This document shows, in pieces, positions 45,109-45,113 of a stretch of 45,113 bases of DNA. Source of the stretch: a virus. The stretch lies in the UHGV virus genome UHGV-0116246. One strand, 5' to 3'. Position 1 is the stretch's first letter. Each line of letters opens with the position of its first letter. The position numbers and the translations under genes are program-made. A model generated the notes under the pieces. That model did no database searches, was not told the origin of the DNA, and saw only the letters and a list, made by a program, of their open reading frames with translations.

Positions 45109-45113
45109 TTTCA

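Overview
This window is almost entirely one AT-rich temperate prophage of about 42 kb, from roughly position 1 to 41.9 kb, followed by about 3 kb of flanking or cargo genes. The host is probably a low-GC, Firmicute-like bacterium.

Gene layout, left to right:
- A large serine recombinase integrase (269-1654, minus strand) sits at the left end. A 34-aa ORF is translationally coupled upstream of it.
- A long leftward early operon (1958-8588, minus strand) carries many small genes. These include a Rad52-family annealing protein, a pentapeptide-repeat protein, a NinG/Rap-like Cys/His protein, a MazG-like protein and ribbon-helix-helix (RHH) proteins. The operon is driven by a consensus TTGACA-17-TATAAT promoter.
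- A lambda-like switch region follows: an XRE-family repressor-like gene, a terminator, then a near-identical rightward consensus promoter driving a Cro-like HTH gene.
- Replication genes come next: an initiator gene containing 4 x 23-bp tandem iterons, and a DnaB-like helicase.
- Then small early genes, a VRR-NUC nuclease, a Rha antirepressor and an orphan promoter-terminator unit that is a small-RNA candidate.
- The late operon encodes TerS, TerL, portal, SPP1-gp7-like head morphogenesis protein, scaffold, major capsid, connectors, and a PBSX/XkdK-T-U-like contractile tail (sheath, tube, chaperone, tape measure, baseplate, fibre).
- Lysis genes close the prophage: a 145-aa GH24 lysozyme and TM proteins.
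- The right flank holds an RHH gene convergent with a solitary MazF/PemK-like toxin, then Gly-, Cys-, His- and Gln-rich small proteins.

Most unusual points:
1. A 3.75-kb accessory cassette is inserted exactly between the tail chaperone and the tape-measure gene. It is bracketed by perfect 24-bp inverted repeats and has its own promoter.
2. The cassette encodes an RHH regulator, a second Rha-family antirepressor, a lipoprotein and two membrane proteins (one with a glycine zipper). This is a candidate, uncharacterised membrane-associated exclusion or defence module.
3. The tail chaperone has a +1-frame extension of about 60 codons, a gpG/GT-like programmed frameshift candidate.

All calls come from reading the sequence and ORF translations and recognising motifs. 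No database searches were run.
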